Positions 48,987 through 62,631 of a stretch of DNA of 64,000 bases are shown here, one piece after another; position 1 is the stretch's first letter; every line of letters starts with the position of its first letter. Below the pieces are notes generated by a model. That model was not told the DNA's origin. It saw nothing but the letters and a program-made list of their open reading frames with translations, and searched no databases. The DNA is from an uncultured Candidatus Rokubacteria bacterium (lineage in GTDB: Bacteria; Methylomirabilota; Methylomirabilia; Rokubacteriales; CSP1-6). The stretch lies in the NCBI GenBank assembly GCA_963762145.1, contig CAVXJS010000011.1:704001-768000 (forward strand). The letters run 5' to 3'. The position numbers and the translations under genes are program-made.

Positions 48987-51245
48987 GTGGCGGTGGTGAA
49001 ACGAGCGCTGGTGGTGGTGGAGTCGCCCACCAAGGTCAAGACGATCCAGAAGTATCTGGACTCGAAGTACGTCGTCAAGGCCTCGATGGGACACGTCCGC
49101 GATCTCCCCAAGTCCAAGCTCGGGGTGAACGAGAAGAAGGGCTTCAAGCCGGAGTACAAGGTGCTGCCGGCCAAGAAGAAGGTGCTCGACGAGCTGAAGA
49201 AGGCGGCCGAGAAGGTGGATGCGCTCTACATCGCGACCGACCCGGACCGGGAAGGGGAGGCCATCGGCTGGCATCTCGCCCAGGAGCTCGGCATCAGCAA
49301 GACCAAGACGCACCGGATCATGTTCAACGAGATCACCGAGCGCGCGGTCAAGGCCGCCTTCCTGCACCCGGGCAAGATCGACACCAACAAGGTCAACGCC
49401 CAGCAGGCCCGGCGCGTGCTGGACCGGCTGGTGGGCTACAAGCTCTCGCCGCTCCTGTGGGAGAAGATCCGCCGCGGGCTCTCGGCCGGTCGCGTGCAGT
49501 CGGTGGCAGTGCGCCTGCTCACCGAGCGCGAGCGTGAGATCGCCGCCTTCGTGCCGGTCGAATACTGGTCGCTGCACGCCAAGCTCAAGGGCCAGAATCC
49601 GCCCGACTTCGTCGCGACCCTCAAGGAAGTGCGCGGCGAGAAGGCCGACCTGCCCGACGAGGCCGCCACCACCGCGGTGACGTCCGCGCTCGCGGGCGCC
49701 ACCTGGACCGTGAAGTCGGTCACGCGGGGGGAGCGGCGCCGGAATCCCGCGCCGCCCTTCATCACCTCCACGCTGCAGCAGGACGCGAGCCGCAAGCTCC
49801 ACTTCACGGCCAAGAAGACGATGATGCTGGCTCAGCAGCTCTACGAGGGCGTCGAGCTCGGCGAGGAGGGCGCGGTCGGCCTCATCACCTACATGCGCAC
49901 CGACGCGGTGCGGGTGGCCGCGGAGGCGCAGGAGGAGGCCCGCGAGTGGGTGACCGGGCGTCTGGGGCGGGAGTACCTCCCGGACGCGCCGCCCACCTAC
50001 AAGGCCAAGAAGAGCGCGCAGGAAGCCCACGAGGCGGTGCGCCCGAGCTCGGTGGCGCGTGAGCCCAAGGTGGTGGCGCGCTTCCTGTCCAAGGACCAGC
50101 TCGCGCTCTACCGCCTGATCTGGGAGCGGTTCCTCGCGAGCCAGATGCTGCCCGCGGTCTACGACACGGTGGCCGCCGACATCACCGCCGGGGACGCCCT
50201 CTTCCGGGCCCAGGGCTCGACCCTGAAGTTCCCCGGCTTCACCGCGGTGTACGTCGAGTCCCGCGAGGCCACCGACGAGACGCCGGAGGACGAGGCGGAG
50301 GCGGTGATGCCCCCGCTGACCGTCGGCGAGACGCTCGAGCTCCTCGCGCTCGATCCCAAGCAGCACTTCACCCAGCCCCCGCCGCGCTTCACCGAGGCGT
50401 CGCTGGTCAAGCTGCTGGAGGACCGGGGGATCGGGCGGCCGTCCACCTACGCGCAGATCCTCGGCACCATCCAGGAGCGCGGGTACGCGCGGCGCGAGCG
50501 CGGCACCCTCTTCCCGACCGACCTCGGCATGCAGGTCACCGACATGCTGGTGCCGCACTTCCCCGAGATCATGGACGTCGAGTTCACCGCCGGGCTCGAG
50601 GAATCGCTCGACAAGATCGAGGAAGGCGACGCGGACTGGGTGAAGACGGTCGAGACCTTCTACAAGCAGTTCTCGCGCGACCTGAAGGCGGCGGGCAAGA
50701 AGATGGACAACGTCAAGGTCGGGGTGGACGCCGGGCAGGAGTGCCCCGAGTGCGGCAAGCCGCTGCTCGAGAAGTGGGGGCGCTTCGGCAAGTTCCTGGC
50801 CTGCTCCGCCTACCCGGATTGCAAGTTCACCAAGGACATGAGCGGCGGGCGCGAGCGGCCCGCCGACGAGCCCACCGACGAGATCTGCCCGACGTGCAGC
50901 AAGCCGATGGTCGTCAAGCACGGCCGCTTCGGGAAGTTCATCGCGTGCTCGGGGTACCCGGAGTGCAAGACGACCAAGCCGGTGACGCTCGGGATCACGT
51001 GCCCGCTGCCGGATTGCGGCGGCCAGCTCCTGGAGAAGCGCACCCGCAAGGGCAAGACCTTCTACGCGTGCACGAACTATCCCACGTGCAAGTTCGCGCT
51101 GTGGACGCGTCCGGTGGCGGAGCCGTGCCCGAAGTGCGCGGCGCCGTTCCTGACCGAGCGCTACGCCCGCGGCGGCAAGGTCACGCGGCAGTGCTTCCGT
51201 GAGGAGTGCGGCTACCGGCAGGAACTGGTTCCGACGGTCGCCTGA
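48987..51245 (+). CDS. topA: DNA topoisomerase I
   Basis: VVESPTK, ATDPDREGEAI, SAGRVQS, LITYMRTD, C-terminal zinc ribbons. Confidence 0.97.
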   Translation: MAVVKRALVVVESPTKVKTIQKYLDSKYVVKASMGHVRDLPKSKLGVNEKKGFKPEYKVLPAKKKVLDELKKAAEKVDALYIATDPDREGEAIGWHLAQELGISKTKTHRIMFNEITERAVKAAFLHPGKIDTNKVNAQQARRVLDRLVGYKLSPLLWEKIRRGLSAGRVQSVAVRLLTEREREIAAFVPVEYWSLHAKLKGQNPPDFVATLKEVRGEKADLPDEAATTAVTSALAGATWTVKSVTRGERRRNPAPPFITSTLQQDASRKLHFTAKKTMMLAQQLYEGVELGEEGAVGLITYMRTDAVRVAAEAQEEAREWVTGRLGREYLPDAPPTYKAKKSAQEAHEAVRPSSVAREPKVVARFLSKDQLALYRLIWERFLASQMLPAVYDTVAADITAGDALFRAQGSTLKFPGFTAVYVESREATDETPEDEAEAVMPPLTVGETLELLALDPKQHFTQPPPRFTEASLVKLLEDRGIGRPSTYAQILGTIQERGYARRERGTLFPTDLGMQVTDMLVPHFPEIMDVEFTAGLEESLDKIEEGDADWVKTVETFYKQFSRDLKAAGKKMDNVKVGVDAGQECPECGKPLLEKWGRFGKFLACSAYPDCKFTKDMSGGRERPADEPTDEICPTCSKPMVVKHGRFGKFIACSGYPECKTTKPVTLGITCPLPDCGGQLLEKRTRKGKTFYACTNYPTCKFALWTRPVAEPCPKCAAPFLTERYARGGKVTRQCFREECGYRQELVPTVA

Positions 51246-51267
51246 GGCGCCTCCCGGTTCATCCACG

Positions 51268-52140
51268 ATGGACGCGGCGGTCGGATCCTTCCTCGAGTAT
51301 CAGGCGGTCGAGCGCGGCGCGTCTCCTCACACCCTCCGGAGCTACACCGCCGACCTGACCGAGTTCTCGCGCTTCCTCGCCGCCGAGAAGATCGCGGGCT
51401 GGGAGGCGGCGGACACCCGCGTGGTTCGCGCGTACCTCGCGTGGCTCCACAAGCGGAAGCTGGCCAAGGCCACCATCGCGCGCAAGCTCGCCGTGGTGCG
51501 GAGCTGCTTCCGCTTCCTCGGTCGCCGTGGCGCCATGGAGGTGAATCCCGCCCGTCAGGTGCGCGGTCCGCGCCTGGGCCGGCGCCTGCCGTCGTTCCTG
51601 CCGGTGGACGAGACCGCGGTGCTCCTCCGCCCCGAGCCGGAGTCGTCCGTGGCCGGCGCCCGGGATCGCGCCCTGCTCGAGCTGCTCTACGCGAGCGGGC
51701 TGCGGGTGGCCGAGGGCTGCGGGCTCGACGTCGACGATCTGGACGAGGGTCGACACACCGTGCGCGTCCTCGGCAAGGGCAGCAAGGAGCGCGTGGTGCC
51801 GGTCGGCGAGTCCGCGCTGGAAGCCCTCGCGGCCTACCTGGCCCTCCGCGGGCGGCGGCGCGGGCCGCTCTTCCTCAATCCGCGCGGGGGGCGGCTCAGC
51901 ACCCGGAGCGCCCTGCGCATCGTGCGCGCCCGCGCGCGCCGGGCCGGGATCGCCCAGCGCGTGACGCCGCACACCCTGCGCCACAGCTTCGCGACCCACA
52001 TGCTGGGAGCGGGCGCGGACCTCCGCCTCATCCAGGAGCTGCTGGGCCACAGCCGCCTCTCCACGACCCAGCGCTACACCCACGTGAGCCCGGAGCACCT
52101 GATGCGCGTGTACGACGCCGCGCATCCGCGGGCGACCTGA
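51268..52140 (+). CDS. xerC: Tyrosine recombinase XerC
   Basis: [38 protein letters not shown]; topA-xerC-hslVU context. Confidence 0.92.
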   Translation: MDAAVGSFLEYQAVERGASPHTLRSYTADLTEFSRFLAAEKIAGWEAADTRVVRAYLAWLHKRKLAKATIARKLAVVRSCFRFLGRRGAMEVNPARQVRGPRLGRRLPSFLPVDETAVLLRPEPESSVAGARDRALLELLYASGLRVAEGCGLDVDDLDEGRHTVRVLGKGSKERVVPVGESALEALAAYLALRGRRRGPLFLNPRGGRLSTRSALRIVRARARRAGIAQRVTPHTLRHSFATHMLGAGADLRLIQELLGHSRLSTTQRYTHVSPEHLMRVYDAAHPRAT

Positions 52141-52153
52141 GGCCGGACTCCCG

Positions 52154-52702
52154 ATGCCCTCGCCGACCGCCCCCTCGATCCACGCCACCACCGTGGTCTG
52201 CGTCCGACACCGGGGACAGGTGGCGGTGGCGGGCGATGGACAGGTCACGTTCGGCCAGACCATCATGAAGGCGGGCGCGCGCAAGGTGCGCAAGATGCAC
52301 CACGACCGCGTGCTCGCCGGCTTCGCGGGCGCGGCCGCCGACGCGTTCACGCTCTTCGCGCGCTTCGAGGCCAAGCTGGAGGAGCATCGGGGCAATCTTC
52401 CGCGCGCCGCGGTGGAGCTGGCAAAGGAGTGGCGCATGGACCGCGTGCTCCGGCGGCTCGAGGCCCTGCTGGCGGTGGCCGACGCGGAGGCGAGCTTCAT
52501 CGTGTCGGGCACCGGCGATGTGATCGAGCCCGACGACGGCCTGGTCGGGATCGGATCGGGCGGGCCCTATGCCCTCGCCGCGGCCCGGGCGCTGCGGACT
52601 CACTCCACGCTCGAGGCACCGCAGATCGCGGAGGAGTCCCTCCGCATCGCGGCCGGTATCTGCGTCTACACGAACGACCAGATCACGGTGCTGAGCCTAT
52701 GA
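52154..52702 (+). CDS. hslV: ATP-dependent protease peptidase subunit
   Basis: [33 protein letters not shown]. Confidence 0.96.
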   Translation: MPSPTAPSIHATTVVCVRHRGQVAVAGDGQVTFGQTIMKAGARKVRKMHHDRVLAGFAGAAADAFTLFARFEAKLEEHRGNLPRAAVELAKEWRMDRVLRRLEALLAVADAEASFIVSGTGDVIEPDDGLVGIGSGGPYALAAARALRTHSTLEAPQIAEESLRIAAGICVYTNDQITVLSL

Positions 52703-54090
52703 CCGACCAGCCGGCCCGACAGCTCGGCCAACCGCTCGAGATGACCGGGCTCACGCCGGCCCAGATCACCGCCGAGCTGGACCGCTTCATCGTGGGGCAG
52801 GGTAAGGCCAAGCGCGCGGTGGCCATCGCGCTGCGCAACCGGTGGCGGCGGCAGAACCTGCCCGCGGAGCTGCGGGACGAGGTGGCGCCCAAGAACATCA
52901 TCATGATCGGACCCACCGGGGTCGGGAAGACCGAGATCGCCCGCCGCCTCGCCAAGCTCGCCCAGGCTCCGTTCCTCAAGGTGGAGGCGTCCAAGTACAC
53001 CGAGGTCGGCTACGTGGGCCGCGACGTGGAGTCCATGATCCGCGACCTGACCGAGCTCGGCGTGAGCATGGTCAAGGCGGAGATGGCGGCGGCGGTGCGC
53101 GAGCGGGCCGAGACGCTGGCCGAGGAGCGGCTCCTCGACCTGCTGCTGCCCCGCCGGCCCGGCGAGGCCTTCGTGAGCGGCACCCTCGAGGAGGTGTCGC
53201 CCGACGCCTCCCGCGACGCCACCCGGGACAAGCTGCGAGCCCAGGTGCGCTCGGGCAAGCTCGACGACCGCTCGATCGAGATGGACGTGCAGCAGGCCGG
53301 GCCGATGCTGGAGGTCCTGCCCGGCCAGGGCATGGAGGAGATCGGGATCAACCTGAAGGACATGCTCTCGCACCTCATGCCGGGACGGACGCGGCGGCGG
53401 CGCGTCAAGGTGGGGGAGGCGCGGCGGCTGCTGGCCCAGGAAGAGGCCCAGAAGCTGGTGGACGTGGACGAGGCGGTGGGCCAGGCGGTCCGCCGGGTGG
53501 AGAACTCGGGCATCATCTTCCTGGACGAGCTGGACAAGATCGCGGGCCGGGAAGGCGGCCGGGGGCCCGACGTATCGCGGGAGGGGGTGCAGCGCGACCT
53601 CCTGCCGATCGTGGAGGGCTCGACGGTGACCACGAAGTACGGCATGGTCCGGACGGATCACATCCTGTTCATCGCGGCGGGGGCCTTCCACGTGGCCAAG
53701 CCGGCGGACCTGATCCCGGAGCTGCAGGGGCGCTTTCCGATCCGGGTCGAGCTGGAGCCCTTGACGCGGCCGGATTTTATCCGCATTCTGAGCGAACCTC
53801 AGAACGCCCTGATACGGCAATATGTTGAGCTGCTGAGGACGGAAGGGGTGGCGCTGCACTTCACCGCCGACGCGGTGGAGGCCATCGCCGAGATCGCGTT
53901 CACGGTGAACCAGCGGGCCGAGAACATCGGGGCCCGCCGCCTGTACACGGTGATGGAGCGGCTGCTGGAGGAGATCTCCTTCGACGCCCCGAACCTGGTC
54001 GGGCAGGAGCTCGTGATCGACGCGGAGTACGTGCACGCGCAGCTGGCCGACGTGGTGAAGGACGAGGATCTCTCCCGCTACATCTTATAG
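52699..54090 (+). CDS. hslU: ATP-dependent protease ATPase subunit
   Basis: [23 protein letters not shown]-terminal DLSRYIL. Confidence 0.97.
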   Translation: MTDQPARQLGQPLEMTGLTPAQITAELDRFIVGQGKAKRAVAIALRNRWRRQNLPAELRDEVAPKNIIMIGPTGVGKTEIARRLAKLAQAPFLKVEASKYTEVGYVGRDVESMIRDLTELGVSMVKAEMAAAVRERAETLAEERLLDLLLPRRPGEAFVSGTLEEVSPDASRDATRDKLRAQVRSGKLDDRSIEMDVQQAGPMLEVLPGQGMEEIGINLKDMLSHLMPGRTRRRRVKVGEARRLLAQEEAQKLVDVDEAVGQAVRRVENSGIIFLDELDKIAGREGGRGPDVSREGVQRDLLPIVEGSTVTTKYGMVRTDHILFIAAGAFHVAKPADLIPELQGRFPIRVELEPLTRPDFIRILSEPQNALIRQYVELLRTEGVALHFTADAVEAIAEIAFTVNQRAENIGARRLYTVMERLLEEISFDAPNLVGQELVIDAEYVHAQLADVVKDEDLSRYIL

Positions 54091-54091
54091 G

Positions 54092-54979
54092 GTGGACGAG
54101 CGCATGACGCCGATCCCGGAGCTGGTGCAGCGCGCCGAGCTGCTCATCGAGGCGCTGCCCTACATCCGCGCCTTCCAGGGCAAGACCCTCGTGATCAAGT
54201 ACGGGGGCGCCGCGATGGAACAGGCGGACCTCAAGGAGCAGTTCGCCAAGGACGTGCTCCTCCTCCGGCTGGTCGGCATCCGGCCGGTGATCGTCCACGG
54301 CGGGGGACCGCAGATCGGCGCGCTCATGAAGCGGCTCGGCAAGGAGCCGAAGTTCGTGGGCGGCATGCGCGTCACCGACGAGGAGACGGTCGAGATCGTC
54401 GAGATGGTGCTGGTCGGCAAGATCAACAAGGAGATCGTGGGCCTCATCAACCTGCACGGGGGCCGGGCGGTGGGGCTCTCCGGGAAGGACGCGAGTCTGC
54501 TGCGGGCCCGCAAGCGCCTGCACAAGATGCCGGACGGCACGTCGGCCGACATCGGGCTGGTCGGCGAAGTGGAGGCGGTCAATCCCGAGCCGATCCGGCT
54601 GCTCGAGGAGAACGGCTTCATCCCGGTGATCGCCCCGGTCGGGGTGGGGGCGGCGGGCGAGACCTACAACATCAACGCGGACCTGGTGGCGGGCGACGTG
54701 GCCGCCGCGCTGTTCGCGGAGAAGCTGATCCACCTCACCGACGTCACCGGCATCAACGGCGAAGACGGTCATCTGGTCTCGACGCTCACCAAGCGCGACG
54801 CGGAGCGGCTGATCAAGGCGGGCGTGATCGACGGGGGCATGCTGCCCAAGGTGGAGTCCTCCCTGCGGGCCCTGAGCGGGGGCGCGCAGAAGGCGCACAT
54901 CATCGACGGCCGCGTCCCCCACGCGATCCTGCTCGAAGTGCTGACCAAAGAGGGTATCGGCACTGAGATTGTTCTGTGA
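54092..54979 (+). CDS. argB: Acetylglutamate kinase
   Basis: EALPYI, IKYGGAAM, VHGGGPQI, YNINAD, GGMLPK. Confidence 0.96.
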   Translation: MDERMTPIPELVQRAELLIEALPYIRAFQGKTLVIKYGGAAMEQADLKEQFAKDVLLLRLVGIRPVIVHGGGPQIGALMKRLGKEPKFVGGMRVTDEETVEIVEMVLVGKINKEIVGLINLHGGRAVGLSGKDASLLRARKRLHKMPDGTSADIGLVGEVEAVNPEPIRLLEENGFIPVIAPVGVGAAGETYNINADLVAGDVAAALFAEKLIHLTDVTGINGEDGHLVSTLTKRDAERLIKAGVIDGGMLPKVESSLRALSGGAQKAHIIDGRVPHAILLEVLTKEGIGTEIVL

Positions 54980-55015
54980 GCCGAGCCGCAGGCGAGGCGA
55001 ACGCATTTCAAAAAA
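54978..55015 (+). repeat. Degenerate REP-like repeat copy at the argB stop
   Basis: GAGCCGAGCCGCAGGCGAGGCGAACGCATTTCAAAAAA aligns to the repeat consensus. Confidence 0.55.
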
Positions 55016-55060
55016 GGGTGCCAGGGTAAGGACACGAAGGGAAACGAGAGGCCCGAGAAC

Positions 55061-56264
55061 ATGACCGACACGAAGACCCTGATCGATTGGGCGGACAAGC
55101 ACCTGATGACCACCGCCAAGCGCGCCCCGGTGGTGCTGGTGCGCGGCGAGGGCGCCCGGGTGTGGGACAGCGACGGCAAGGAGTATCTCGACTTCACCGG
55201 CGGCATCGCGGTGACCGCGCTCGGGCACTCCCATCCCAAGGTGGTCGGGACGATGCGGGAGCAGGCGGCCACGCTGCTCCACGTGTCGAACCTGCTTCTA
55301 CATCCCGCAGCAGACCCAGCTCGCCAAGCTGCTCTGCGACCACTCGTTCGCCGACCGGGTCTTCTTCTCCAACTCGGGCGCGGAGGCCAACGAGTCCGCG
55401 ATCAAGCTCGCGCGGAAGTGGGCCAAGGAGCACGGGGCCAGCGATCGCGGCGACATCATCACGATGCGGGGCGGCTTCCACGGCCGGACCCTGGCCACCG
55501 TCACCGCCACCGCGCAGGAGAAGTACCACCACGGCTTCGAGCCGCTGCCCGGTGGCTTCAAGTACGTCCCGTTCAACGATCTGCGCGCGGTGGAGCGGGC
55601 CATCGACAGCCACACCGCCGCGGTCATGGTCGAGCCGATCCAGGGCGAAGGCGGCATCAACATCCCGGACGACGGCTACCTGCCCGGGCTCCGCAAGCTG
55701 TGCGACGAGGCGGGCATCCTGCTCGTGCTGGACGAGATCCAGACCGGCATGGGACGCACCGGCCGGCTCTGGGGCTACGAGCACTCCGGCATCGAGCCCG
55801 ACATCATGACCCTGGCCAAGGCGCTCGCCAACGGGGTGCCGATCGGCGCGACCCTGGCCACCGAGAGCGTGGCGGCGGCGTTCACCCCCGGCACCCACGG
55901 CTCCACCTTCGGCGGCAACCCGTTCGTGACCGCGGTGGGCCTGACCGTGTTCACGACGCTGATGGAGGAGCGGCTGCCCGAGCGCGCGGCCGCCACCGGC
56001 CGGGTGCTGCGCGAGCAGCTCGAGGCGGTGCGCGGCCGGCACCCGAAGGCGGCGAGCGCGGTGCGCGGGCGCGGGCTCCTCGTGGGCATGGACCTGGTGC
56101 CCCCGGTGGGCGAGGTCATCGGGGCCTGCCGCGAGCGCGGTCTGCTCGTGCTGAGCGCGGGCGACAATACGTTGCGGCTGGCGCCGCCCTTGATCACCGA
56201 CGAGGCCACCGTGCGGCGTGCGGTCGAGATCATCGATCAGGTCCTGAGCGGCTTCGTGAAGTGA
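55061..56264 (+). CDS. argD: Acetylornithine aminotransferase; indel near 55295
   Basis: DFTGGIAV, NSGAEANE, FHGRT, EPIQGEGG, DEIQTG, HGSTFGGNP. Confidence 0.93.
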
Positions 56265-57175
56265 ACCACTTCCTGTCCATTCGCGACATCGCCCGGGAGG
56301 ATCTCCCGCGCCTGTTCGCCCTCACGGCCGATCTCAAGGCCCGGCAGAAGGCCCGCGATCCCCGGACCCCGCTGCCCCGGCGCACCATGGCCCTGATCTT
56401 CGAGAAGCCCTCGCTGCGCACGCGCGTCACCTTCGAGGTCGGCGATGGTGCAGCTCGGCGGCGCGGCCGTGTACCTGGCCGCCCAGGAGATCGGGATGGG
56501 CAAGCGCGAGTCGGTGCCCGACGTGGGCCGCAACCTCTCGCGGTGGGTGGACGTGGTGGCCGCGCGCGTGTTCTCGCACCGGACGCTCGAGCAGCTCGCG
56601 GCCCACACCACGGTGCCGGTCATCAACGGCCTGTCCGACCTCGAGCATCCCTGCCAGGCGATGGCCGACTTCTTCACGCTCTACGAGCGCGGGCTGGACC
56701 TCGCGAAGCTCCGGCTGGCCTGGATCGGCGACGGCAACAACGTGTGCAACTCGCTGCTGCTGCTGGGCTCCATGCTCGGCACCAGCTCGGTGGTGGCGTG
56801 CCCGCCCGGCTACGAGCCGGACGCGGGCGTGCTGGAGACGTGCCGCGCGATGGGCGGGCGCGTCCAGGTCACCACCGAGGCGCGTGACGCGGTGGAGGAC
56901 GCCGACGTGATCTACACCGACACCTGGATCAGCATGGGCCAGGAGGGCGACCGGGAGCAGCGCCTCGAGGCCTTCCAGCGCTACCAGGTCAACGACCGGC
57001 TGCTGGACCTCGCGCCCGGCGACGCGCTCGTCATGCACTGCCTGCCCGCGCACCGGGGCGAGGAGATCACCGACGCGGTGCTCGACGGGCCCCGCAGCCT
57101 GATCCTGGACCAGGCCGAGAACCGTCTGCACGCGCAGAAGGCCATCATCGTCAATCTGCTGGGTGGGGAGCAGCC

Positions 57176-57179
<4 letters not shown>
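56261..57179 (+). CDS. argF: Ornithine carbamoyltransferase; indel near 56444
   Basis: [38 protein letters not shown]. Confidence 0.93.
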
Positions 57180-58384
<1,205 letters not shown>

Positions 58385-58396
58385 GCGGCCGCCTCC

Positions 58397-59155
58397 ATGC
58401 GGGTCCACGTGGCGCTGACTCCGGCGGAATTCCCCGACGCGCCCCTCACGGGGTGCGTGGCGCTCGCGGTGGACGTGCTGCGGGCCACCACCGCGTCGGT
58501 GGCCGCGTGCGACGCGGGCTGCCGGCGTCTGGTGCCGGTGCCCGACGCGGCGGCCGCCGAGGCGCTGGCCGCGCGTGACGGAGCCGACACCGTGCTGGCC
58601 GGCGAGCGGGGGGGAGAGGCCCTCGTGGGCTTCGACCTCGGCAACTCGCCCGCCGAGTTCACCGCGGACCGGGTGGGCGGCCGCACCGTGGTGCTGACCA
58701 CGACCAACGGGACCGCCGCGATGCTGACCGCCGCGCGGGCGGCGGCGGCGGGGCTCGCCGCGCTCACCAACGTGACCGCGGCCGCGCGCTGGGCCCTCGA
58801 GCAGGGGGGCGACGTGACCATCCTGTGCGCGGGTGACAACGGGGCGTTCTCGCTGGAGGACGCGGTGTGCGCGGGCCTGCTGGTGGCCCGCCTGGCCGAC
58901 GCCTCGCCGGGCGCGGTGCTCTCCGAGGGGGCCCAGGCCGCGCTGGGGCTGGGGCGGCACTACGAAGCGCGCCTCGACCGCCTCGCGGAGGACTCGGGCT
59001 GGGGCCGCAGGCTCAAGCGGCTGGGCCGCGACGCCGATCTCGCCTGGTGCCTCCGGGCGGACGTGAGCCTGGTGGTGCCGGTGTTCCTGGCGGGCGCCTT
59101 CGTTCCTCGGCGCGCCGGGTCGGCCGCGGCGGTGGGCTCGGAGTCGCGCGCGTGA
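58397..59155 (+). CDS. comB: 2-phosphosulfolactate phosphatase family protein
   Basis: [34 protein letters not shown]. Confidence 0.9.
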   Translation: MRVHVALTPAEFPDAPLTGCVALAVDVLRATTASVAACDAGCRRLVPVPDAAAAEALAARDGADTVLAGERGGEALVGFDLGNSPAEFTADRVGGRTVVLTTTNGTAAMLTAARAAAAGLAALTNVTAAARWALEQGGDVTILCAGDNGAFSLEDAVCAGLLVARLADASPGAVLSEGAQAALGLGRHYEARLDRLAEDSGWGRRLKRLGRDADLAWCLRADVSLVVPVFLAGAFVPRRAGSAAAVGSESRA

Positions 59156-59728
59156 ACCTCCCGATCGCGCTGACCCTGTTCCGCATCGTGCTGGTGCCGC
59201 CCATCATGGTCTTCCTCATCTCGTCGTCGCGGGTCAGCGTGCTCATCGCCGCGGTCATCTTCGTGACCGCGTCGCTCACCGACTGGCTCGACGGGCGGAT
59301 GGCGCGGCGGTGGAACCAGGTCACCAAGCTCGGCACCCTGCTGGACCCGGTCGCCGACAAGCTGCTGGTGGCCGCGGCGCTGATCTCGCTCGTGCACATC
59401 GACATGATCTCCGCCTGGATGGCGGTGGTGATCATCGGGCGCGAGCTGGCGGTGACCGGGCTCCGGGGGGTCGCGCTGTCGATGGGCGTGGTGGTGCCGG
59501 CGTCGTCGCTGGGCAAGGCCAAGACGGTTTCCCAGTACGTGGCCCTGACGCTGCTGATCCTCGAGAAGGGGGTCTCGCAGGACCTGGCGCTCTTCCACCT
59601 CGTCGCGCGCTCGGCCCTCTGGATCGCGCTGGCGTCTCACCGTGGTCTCGGGCGCCGACTACTTCTACCGCTTCTTCCTCCACACCAACCCGAAGGACCT
59701 GGTCCGGGATCGCGAGCGATGGCCCTGA
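59152..59728 (+). CDS. pgsA: CDP-diacylglycerol--glycerol-3-phosphate phosphatidyltransferase; indel near 59635
   Basis: TDWLDGRMAR, LGTLLDPVADK, RELAVTGLR, LGKAKT. Confidence 0.92.
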
Positions 59729-60323
59729 CCGTGCTCGGGCTCCTCGCCGCCTATCTGATCGGAGCGATCCCGATCGGCTTCCTGGTGGCCCGCGCCGCGG
59801 GCGGCACCGACATCCGGCGCGCGGGCAGCGGCAATATCGGCGCGACCAATGTGCTGCGCACCCTCGGCACCGGCCCCGCGGTGCTCACGCTGGTCGGCGA
59901 CATCGTGAAGGGCTACGTGGCGGTGCGTGTCGCCGCGCTCCATCGGGCCCGAGGTCTGGGCCGCGGCAGGCGGGACGGTGGCCGCCATCGCGGGCAACTG
60001 CTGGCCGGTCTTCCTCCGGTTCCGGGGCGGCAAGGGCGTGGCCACGGGACTCGGCGCCTTCCTCGCGCTCATCCCGTGGGCGGTGGCCCCGGCGGCGCTG
60101 CTCTGGATCGCGGTGACCGCGGTGTCCCGCTACGTGTCGATGGCCTCCGTGGTGGCCTGCCTCAGCCTGCCGGTCGCTGCACTGGTGCTCGGGCTACCCG
60201 CGCCACTCGGTCGTCGCGGCGCTGGTGGCGGCGCTGATCATCGTCTGGCGCCACCGCGAGAACGTCGCGCGTCTGGTCAGCGGCACCGAGCGGCGGCTCG
60301 GCGAGCACACCCGGGTCGCGTGA
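59719..60323 (+). CDS. plsY: Glycerol-3-phosphate acyltransferase; indels near 59935 and 60192
   Basis: YLIGAIP, GSGNIGATN, FRGGKGVAT, RHRENVARL across frames. Confidence 0.9.
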
Positions 60324-61364
60324 GCCGTCCGGCCGACGCGGGCGACGCCCGGCGCGCGCCGGTGACCGTGCTCGGCGCCGGGAGCTGGGGCACCGCGCTC
60401 GCGATGCATCTGTCGCGCGTCGGCGTGCCGGTGCGCCTGTGGGCGCGCGATCAGGCCCTGGCCGCCTCCATGCGAGCCCGGCGCGAGAACCCACGCTACC
60501 TCCCGGGCGCCGCTCTGCCGGACGGCGTCACCGTGACCGCGGAGGCGGGCGAGGCCCTGGCGGGGAGCCACACCGTGCTGGTCGCGGTGCCGTCGCACTT
60601 CGTCGACGGCGTGCTCGAGGCGGTGGGCGACCGCGTCGCCCGCGACGCGGTGCTCGTGTCGGCGACGAAGGGCCTCGAGCCCGCAGCACGGCCTCCGCAT
60701 GTCGGAGCTCCTGGCCGAGCGGCTGCCCGGCCGGCCGGTCGCGGTGCTCTCCGGGCCGTCGTTCGCGCGCGAGGTCGCCCAGGGCCGGCCCACCGCGCTG
60801 GTGGTCGCGTCGTCGGACGAGCGGATCGCGGCCGACCTGCAGCGACGCCTGGCGGGTCCCGCGCTCCGGCTGTACACGAACCGCGACGTGGTGGGGGTCG
60901 AGCTCGGCGGGGCCGTCAAGAACGTGATGGCCATCGCGACCGGGCTGGTGGACGGGCTCGAGCTGGGTGAGAACGCGCGGGCGGCCCTGATCACGCGCGG
61001 CCTCGCCGAGATCGTACGGCTCGGCACCGCGGCGGGGGCCCAGCCCGCGACCTTCGCGGGCCTGGCCGGTCTCGGCGACCTCGTGCTGACCTGCACGGGC
61101 TCGCAGAGCCGCAACCGCGCGCTCGGTGGCGCGATCGCGCGGGGGCGGTCGCTCGCCGAGGTGGAGGCGGGGACGCCGATGGTGGCGGAGGGGGTGCGCA
61201 CCGTGTCCTCGGTGCTGCGGATGGCGCGGGACCGCGGCGTGACGATGCCGATCTGCGAGGAGGTCGCGGCCGTGCTGTTCGACGGCAAGCCGGTCGCGGA
61301 GTCGCTGGCCTCCTTGCTCGCGCGCGAGCCCAGACCGGAAGAGGAGGGAGTCTCGCGTGCCTGA
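60320..61364 (+). CDS. gpsA: NAD(P)H-dependent glycerol-3-phosphate dehydrogenase; indel near 60682
   Basis: LGAGSWGTALA, ATKGLE, SGPSFAREV, KNVMAIA, GLGDLVLTC, SRN. Confidence 0.93.
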
Positions 61365-62368
61365 GCTGCGCCGGGATCCGGTGGTGGGTCGGTGGGTGAT
61401 CATCTCCACCGAGCGCGCCCGCCGCCCTTCCGACTTCACGCCGGCCCCGCCGCCAGCGCAAGGGCGGGCCCTGCGTGTTCTGCGGGGGGCGAGGAGCATC
61501 GCACCCCCGAGGAGGTGCTGGGCGCTCCGTCCGGGCCGAGGCGAGCCCAACACCCCGGGCTGGCTCCTGCGCGTGGTGCCCAACAAGTTCCCCGCACTCC
61601 GCATCGAGGGCGAGCTGGAGCCGGCGGCGGAGGGGCTCTACGACCGGATGAACGGAGTCGGCGCGCACGAGGTGGTCATCGAGTCGCCCGATCACGACGC
61701 GGTCATCGAGCGCCTGCCGCCCGCGCATCTGGCCGAGGTGTTTCGCGCCTACCGGGACCGGATCGTGGATCTGGCCAAGGACCCGCGCCTCGAGTACGTG
61801 ATGGTCTTCAAGAACCACGGGGATCCGGCCGGCGCCTCGCTCGAGCACACCCATTCGCAGCTCATCGCCACGCCGGTGGTGCCGCTCATGGTCGAGGAGG
61901 AGCTGGCCGGCGCGCTCCAGCACCTGCGGATCAAGAAGCGCTGCATCTGGTGCGACATCATCCGGCAGGAGCGCCAGGAGGGCGGGCGGGTCATCCTGGA
62001 CCAGGACGGGTTCATGGCGCTCTCCCCGTTCGCGCCGCGGTTTCCGTTCGAGACCTGGATCCTGCCCACCGTGCACCGGTCGCGCTACGAGGACACGCCG
62101 CCGGGCGACTTCGCCCGGCTGGCCGCGGTGGTCCGGCAGGTGCTCGGGCGGATGAGCGCAGTTCCTGGACGATCCCCCGTACAACTTCATGCTCCACAGC
62201 GCGCCCCTGCGGGCCCCGGCCCTCGACCACTTCCACTGGCACCTCGAGATCATCCCCAAGCTGACCCGGGTGGCCGGATTCGAATGGGGAACCGGGTTCT
62301 TCATCAACCCGACCCCACCCGAGGAGGCTGCGAAATACTTGCGCGGGGAGCCCCCGGATCGCCCGTAA
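61357..62368 (+). CDS. galT: Galactose-1-phosphate uridylyltransferase family protein; several indels (about 61465-61525 and 62157)
   Basis: [41 protein letters not shown]; tail HWHLEIIP...AGFEWGTG...PPEEAA in another frame. Confidence 0.85.
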
Positions 62369-62369
62369 A

Positions 62370-62398
62370 TTGACACTATGCAAGGCGTTTGTTACACT
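62370..62398 (+). promoter_or_regulatory. Sigma70 promoter of the tRNA operon
   Basis: TTGACA 62370-62375, 17 nt, TACACT 62393-62398. Confidence 0.7.
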
Positions 62399-62426
62399 TT
62401 CTCGCGGTTCTGTGACAGGATGTTTT

Positions 62427-62501
62427 GCGGGAATAGCTCAGTGGTAGAGCACAACCTTGCCAAGGTTGGGGTCGCGGGTTCGAATCCCGTTTCCCGCTCC
62501 A
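62427..62501 (+). tRNA. tRNA-Gly(GCC)
   Basis: GCGGGAA acceptor stem, anticodon loop TTGCCAA, T-loop GGTTCGAAT, encoded CCA. Confidence 0.97.
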
Positions 62502-62526
62502 ATATAGCGGGGCGGTAAGGTGTAAG

Positions 62527-62602
62527 GGCGGCGTAGCCAAGTGGCTAAGGCGGAGGTCTGCAAAACCTCTATTCAGCGGTTCGAATCCGCTCGCCGCCTC
62601 CA
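62527..62602 (+). tRNA. tRNA-Cys(GCA)
   Basis: GGCGGCG acceptor stem, anticodon loop CTGCAAA, GGTTCGAAT, TCCA end. Confidence 0.96.
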
Positions 62603-62631
62603 TAATTGGGGGCGGTCCAGCGGTGGGTTGG

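Noticed and set aside
51268-52140. Tyrosine recombinase as the integrase of a mobile element
   Set aside because: It sits in the conserved dprA-topA-xerC-hslVU housekeeping context with no att sites or cargo.
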